Shown here: piece after piece, positions 25,206 through 29,004 of the stretch
Numbering within the stretch: the stretch's first letter is position 1
How the letters are laid out: each line of letters opens with the position of its first letter
Assembly (NCBI GenBank): GCA_036155355.1
Contig: JAYZVT010000244.1
Span: 1-29,004, forward strand
Source: Pseudomonadota bacterium
GTDB taxonomy: Bacteria > Pseudomonadota > Alphaproteobacteria > Rhizobiales > Methyloligellaceae
Reading direction: 5' to 3'
DNA length: 29,004 nt
The notes under the pieces: generated by a model
The model's input: only the letters and a program-made list of their open reading frames with translations
Databases searched by the model: none
What the model was told of the DNA's origin: nothing
Translations under genes and position numbers: made by a program

Positions 25206-26789
25206 TCAGCCTCCCGACCCGGTATAGATGTCGAGCACGCCCACCTGCACGTCTCCCGACGCGAGTACGGCTTCGAGCACCGTGCGCAGCGGTCCCGTGT
25301 CCTTTGCCGTCTTCATGGCGGCAAGCACCGCGTGAAGGTCGCTCAGGATGGTCTTGGAAAAGATGGCGACGAGGTGTTCCGCACCATAGGGCGGGTTCGC
25401 GACCTTGAAGCTCTCCACGAAGGCACCGCCGCGCCAGTCTTTCTCCGCCTCACCCTTTCTCTTTGGATCGGGAATGAAGAATTCCACGCGGCCGTCCGGC
25501 GGCATGTTGAACATGGTCAGATGCGGATAGGCCGCACCGGCGATCTTCACATCCACAGTCTCGCCGATGTTGTATCGCTTGTTGCCGCTGGGCAGCGAAA
25601 CGTCCACCGCGTCGGACGCGGCCCTGTGCTTGAGCAGCTTGAGCGCGGCCCACTTGGTGGCCACGGGCACAACATTGCCGGCATTGACGCCGAGCGCCAC
25701 GACGCCGCCCACCTTGTGCTCGATTGTGCCGGATGCCGCATACCAGATGAGATCCGCCTTCGACTTGTCCGCTACCACCTCCACGAAGGGGACATCTCCG
25801 AGCGGTCCGGCGGTGCCGCCGTCGATGGCGATGCGCAGCGGTTCGGAGGTGTTATCGGGCTTTTCCGGCTTTGCGCTGCGGACATTGAACAGTCCGAATG
25901 AGCGCGCGCGTAGTGGCGCGACCTGGGGCGTCTGCTGGCTTTCCACCTGGGCGTGAACGGCCGGCACGACGAAGCCCAGAAGCTCGACCTGCGTCACCAC
26001 GCCATCGCCGTCTCGATCGGCGCGACCCTCGAGCGCGCGCGCCAGCGCCCAGCTCAATGCGCCGCGCTTCTGCCCGTCGATGGTGACTTCGGGCGTGAGC
26101 TGGTCTTCCGACGTGGCGCCGACGAAAGTGATGTTCTGGAAATCGTCTTCCTTCAACTTGCCTGCCTCGGGCGGAGGAAATTTCAGCAGGTCATCAGTTA
26201 TCTCGCCGAATTTGCCGTTGCGGAAGCGAACCGTCTCGGCGCGGGCGCTACGGTTCATGGTGCCGGAATGGCAGGAATCGGCAGCAAAGACGACACGGAC
26301 ATTCTTCTTGTCCGCCTTCTGCAGCCACTCGGCAATTTCATCGTCGATGATACGCTCCCGCGTACCCTTGCCCTGCGTGGCATATCCGGCGAGCAGGAAA
26401 TTCTCGTTCTTCCCATCGGCCTCGTCGTGACGGCCGGGCGGCTCGGGCTCCTGGCTGCCATGACCGGCAAAGCTGAAGAAGATCGTGTCGCCATCCTGCG
26501 CAACACCGAGCAATTCGTGATAAGCGTTCTCGATATTCGCCTTGGTAGCCTCATGATTGAGGAACTTGCGGATCTGGACCGCGCCTGCGGTCTTCAGCGC
26601 TTTGGCAATATCCTCCGCGTCGTGGACTGCTCCCTCCAGGTCGTTGCGTTCGCCGATATAGTCGTCGATGCCGACGACGAGGCCGAAGATAGCGGGTTCG
26701 CGCGCTTGCAGGCTGGTGGGACCTTCAATGCAGAGCAAGGCGGCAGCGAAGGCCGCGAGCCAGGCGCACCCGGTCCTTGTCCTGCTCAT
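25206..26789 (-). CDS. Exported caspase-family (C14; meta/orthocaspase-like) protease with intact dyad + DUF4384-like domain
   Basis: Signal peptide; GLVVGIDDY..LEGAVHDAE; FSFAGHGSQ (His 26460-26462); ADSCHSG (Cys 26271-26273); RGALSWALARALEGRADRDGDG; KRYNIGETV...HLTMFNMPPDGRVEFFIP. Confidence 0.87.
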   Translation of the reverse strand: MSRTRTGCAWLAAFAAALLCIEGPTSLQAREPAIFGLVVGIDDYIGERNDLEGAVHDAEDIAKALKTAGAVQIRKFLNHEATKANIENAYHELLGVAQDGDTIFFSFAGHGSQEPEPPGRHDEADGKNENFLLAGYATQGKGTRERIIDDEIAEWLQKADKKNVRVVFAADSCHSGTMNRSARAETVRFRNGKFGEITDDLLKFPPPEAGKLKEDDFQNITFVGATSEDQLTPEVTIDGQKRGALSWALARALEGRADRDGDGVVTQVELLGFVVPAVHAQVESQQTPQVAPLRARSFGLFNVRSAKPEKPDNTSEPLRIAIDGGTAGPLGDVPFVEVVADKSKADLIWYAASGTIEHKVGGVVALGVNAGNVVPVATKWAALKLLKHRAASDAVDVSLPSGNKRYNIGETVDVKIAGAAYPHLTMFNMPPDGRVEFFIPDPKRKGEAEKDWRGGAFVESFKVANPPYGAEHLVAIFSKTILSDLHAVLAAMKTAKDTGPLRTVLEAVLASGDVQVGVLDIYTGSGG

Positions 26790-27736
26790 TTTCCGGTTTC
26801 CTTGGAAGGGCGGCTGCTGGCGATGGCGGGTATCGACTTGAGATAGGCAGCGATGGCCGCACGATCCTCCGCGGTAAGCTTTGCGGTGTTGGTTTGCACG
26901 GCGGCCATTGGCCCGCCAAAGGCGTCGAATGACGGCGTCAGGCCGCTCTCAAGCGAATAGGCGATCTCGTCCTCGCTCCAGGCGCCAATGCCGGTCTTGT
27001 CGGGCGTGATATTGGGGATGTAGCCAACGCCTTCAGGAGAAGGCCCACCAGACAGCTTCGCGGCAGTGATAATGCCGCCGAAAATATTCCGGGGCGAATG
27101 GCATTCGCCGCAATGGCCGGGACCTTCAACGAGATAGCCGCCGCGATTGATCTTGTCGCTGGCGCTTGCAATCGGCTGATAGGCTTGCCCATCGAGGAAC
27201 AACAACTTCCACAGGCCGAGTCCGCGCCGCAGGCGGAACGGTAGCGCGAGGTCATGTGCCGGAGCCTCAACGTCCGAGGCCGGCAGAGTGTCCAAGAATG
27301 CCTTGAGGTCCAGCAGGTCCGTCGGCTTCATGCGCTGATAGGACGTGTAGGGAAACGCGGGGTAGTAGTGACTGCCATCCGGCGAGACACCGCGCGCCAT
27401 GGCGTTGACAAATTCCAGCGGCGTCCAGCCGCCGATGCCATGCGTCCTGTCGGACGAGATATTGGGTGCGTAGAAAGTGCCGAACGGCGTTTTCAGGCAG
27501 CGGCCACCGGCAAGCAGCTTCGGATCGCCATATTTCGGATCATCACACTTGGACGAGGCCGGAGCGGCATGGCACGAGGCGCAACCGCCCGCATAGAACA
27601 TGTATTCGCCGTTCTTGACGTCAGGCGTGTGACTGGGAAGCGCCGTCGCGGCAATGGTCCTGGGCGCCGTCAGGACATAGAAGACGACTGCGCCCAGGAT
27701 TCCGAGGATGACGACCGCCCACACAAGGCGTCGCAT
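26786..27736 (-). CDS. Membrane-anchored diheme cytochrome c
   Basis: GGAGGG RBS; N-terminal hydrophobic helix; GGCASCH and GHCGECH; TPFGTFYAPNISSD; HYYPAFPYTSY; PNITPD. Confidence 0.9.
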   Translation of the reverse strand: MRRLVWAVVILGILGAVVFYVLTAPRTIAATALPSHTPDVKNGEYMFYAGGCASCHAAPASSKCDDPKYGDPKLLAGGRCLKTPFGTFYAPNISSDRTHGIGGWTPLEFVNAMARGVSPDGSHYYPAFPYTSYQRMKPTDLLDLKAFLDTLPASDVEAPAHDLALPFRLRRGLGLWKLLFLDGQAYQPIASASDKINRGGYLVEGPGHCGECHSPRNIFGGIITAAKLSGGPSPEGVGYIPNITPDKTGIGAWSEDEIAYSLESGLTPSFDAFGGPMAAVQTNTAKLTAEDRAAIAAYLKSIPAIASSRPSKETGK

Positions 27737-27802
27737 GCTGCCCTCCATAAACAAATCTCGTGCCGCGCGACCCCGGATCGCGCGGACGCAACATGCTTGC
27801 GA

Positions 27803-28249
27803 CTACTTCTTCACGCGATAGGCTTCGTGGCAGCTCTTGCAGTTCTTCACAAGCTCGCCGAACGCAGCCTTGTAGGCGCCAATACCCTGCTTTGCCGCTT
27901 CTTCGCCCTGGGCCGCGGCAACCTTCAACTTCTCAGCCGCAGCCACGAAGCCCGCCATGTCTTCCCAGATCTTGGGCGATGCTTCGGTTTCGCCACCGGT
28001 CTTGGACGTGTCGGGGAACAGCTTGACATACTGGTCGGGAACCGCAGCGATGGTCTTCATCGCCTCCGCCGCCTTGGCCTGGTCGAAATCGACCTTACCC
28101 GAAACCATTTCGGAAGCGGCCTTGGTCGATGCACCAACCTGCTTCATCAACTCCTTGCGCGCCTTGATCGGATCGTCGGCCGCGACTGCCGCCAAAGCGC
28201 CGAAAGCCACCGCTCCCACCAGAATGGCGGACCGTACCAGAATATTCAT
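27803..28249 (-). CDS. Cytochrome c'/c556 (class II four-helix-bundle cytochrome)
   Basis: Start ATG 28249 with GGGAG RBS; signal peptide; DPIKARKELM; SPKIWEDMAGF; C-terminal CKSCHEAYR. Confidence 0.9.
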   Translation of the reverse strand: MNILVRSAILVGAVAFGALAAVAADDPIKARKELMKQVGASTKAASEMVSGKVDFDQAKAAEAMKTIAAVPDQYVKLFPDTSKTGGETEASPKIWEDMAGFVAAAEKLKVAAAQGEEAAKQGIGAYKAAFGELVKNCKSCHEAYRVKK

Positions 28250-28356
28250 GCGTTTCTCCCAAGAGGCGTGATGGACGTATGCTGAACGGAATTCCACAAT
28301 TTTATTAGATCGCCACGATAACCGAGAAATCAAGCCCGGTAGCCATTTTTCTGGCA

Positions 28357-28375
28357 ATTGTTTGTGACAATCACA
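28357..28375. promoter_or_regulatory. Nested palindromes in the divergent intergenic region; candidate operator
   Basis: ATTGT-N5-ACAAT (28357-28371) overlapping TGTGA-N3-TCACA (28363-28375). Confidence 0.3.
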
Positions 28376-28476
28376 TGGCCTGACGCTCCAATCGGGTCCT
28401 GGGAGGCACGGTTGACGCGGGAATACGGGCGTTCCAGTTTCCTCTGTCCGCCGCCGTGGATCTGGAGCCTTCCCGC

Positions 28477-29004
28477 ATGAAACTCGCCATTCTTGACGAT
28501 TATCAGAACGCGGCGCTGGACTCAGCGGACTGGACGACGCTCGCCGACAAGGTCAATTGCCGCGTCTTCGACAAGCATCTGGGCTTCTCGGAGGACAAGA
28601 TAGCCAAGACACTGGCCCCATACGAAATAATTGTTGCAATGCGGGAGCGGACGCCTTTTCCCGCCTCCCTGTTGTCCAGGCTGCCAAAGCTGAAATTGCT
28701 CGTGACCACGGGCATGCGCAATCTCGCCATCGACATGGAAGCGGCGCGAGCAGGCGGGATCGACGTCTGCGGCACGAGCATGCTGCCCTACCCGGCCGCC
28801 GAGCATGCCATGGCGCTGATCCTCGACCTGTTCAAGAAGATCTCGCTGGAGAACCACGCCATGCACAAGGGCAAGTGGCAGACCGTGGTTGGCGAGGGAC
28901 TAAACGGCAAGACGCTGGGTATCGTCGGACTTGGCAAGCTTGGTGAGCGTGTCGCCCGCCTCGGCCGGGCGCTGGAGATGGACGTGATAGCCTGGAGCCA
29001 GAAC
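28477..29004 (+). CDS. D-isomer-specific 2-hydroxyacid dehydrogenase, truncated by the window end
   Basis: Not in the ORF track because it has no stop. My translation: MKLAILDDYQ...IVAMRERTPFPASLLSRLPKLKLLVTTGMRNLAID...GKTLGIVGLGKLG (Rossmann motif); GGAG RBS. Confidence 0.9.
   Translation, partial: MKLAILDDYQNAALDSADWTTLADKVNCRVFDKHLGFSEDKIAKTLAPYEIIVAMRERTPFPASLLSRLPKLKLLVTTGMRNLAIDMEAARAGGIDVCGTSMLPYPAAEHAMALILDLFKKISLENHAMHKGKWQTVVGEGLNGKTLGIVGLGKLGERVARLGRALEMDVIAWSQN

Noticed and set aside
25206-28249. Literal bacterial apoptosome (cytochrome c activating a caspase)
   Set aside because: No NB-ARC/Apaf-1-like ATPase or CARD is present, the cytochromes are not mitochondrial-type, and all parts appear exported. 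Only a loose analogy.

Overview
GC-rich window, probably from an alphaproteobacterium of Hyphomicrobiales/Rhizobiales type (inferred from gene content). Five blocks. (1) 1-4671 is the right end of an integrative element: cupredoxin cargo, HTH replication-like gene, excisionase-like gene, an orphan, and a tyrosine integrase, ending at a 3' half of tRNA-Val(CAC) that looks like an att site. (2) 5180-9177 (minus) is the known four-gene CP-ATP-grasp / alpha-E / transglutaminase / Anbu operon, with a good sigma54 promoter and an NtrC-like site; an ornithine decarboxylase-like gene and an agmatinase-like gene lie upstream on the same strand. (3) A monoheme cytochrome c, an aldo/keto reductase and soeABC-type sulfite dehydrogenase genes. 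(4) 18031-28249 (minus) is the most unusual block: seven co-oriented genes, all with export signals. They encode cytochrome c'/c556, a diheme cytochrome c, an intact caspase-family (C14) protease with a DUF4384-like domain, a pseudo-caspase with a DUF4384-like domain (His->Met, Cys->Gly), a large two-heme protein with a DUF4384-like domain, a TPR-like/OmpA protein, and a second pseudo-caspase with Cys-rich repeats and a peptidoglycan-binding-like segment. I know of no described system with this composition, but I could not search databases. (5) A D-2-hydroxyacid dehydrogenase cut by the window edge. Domain names come from motif recognition by eye, not HMM searches.
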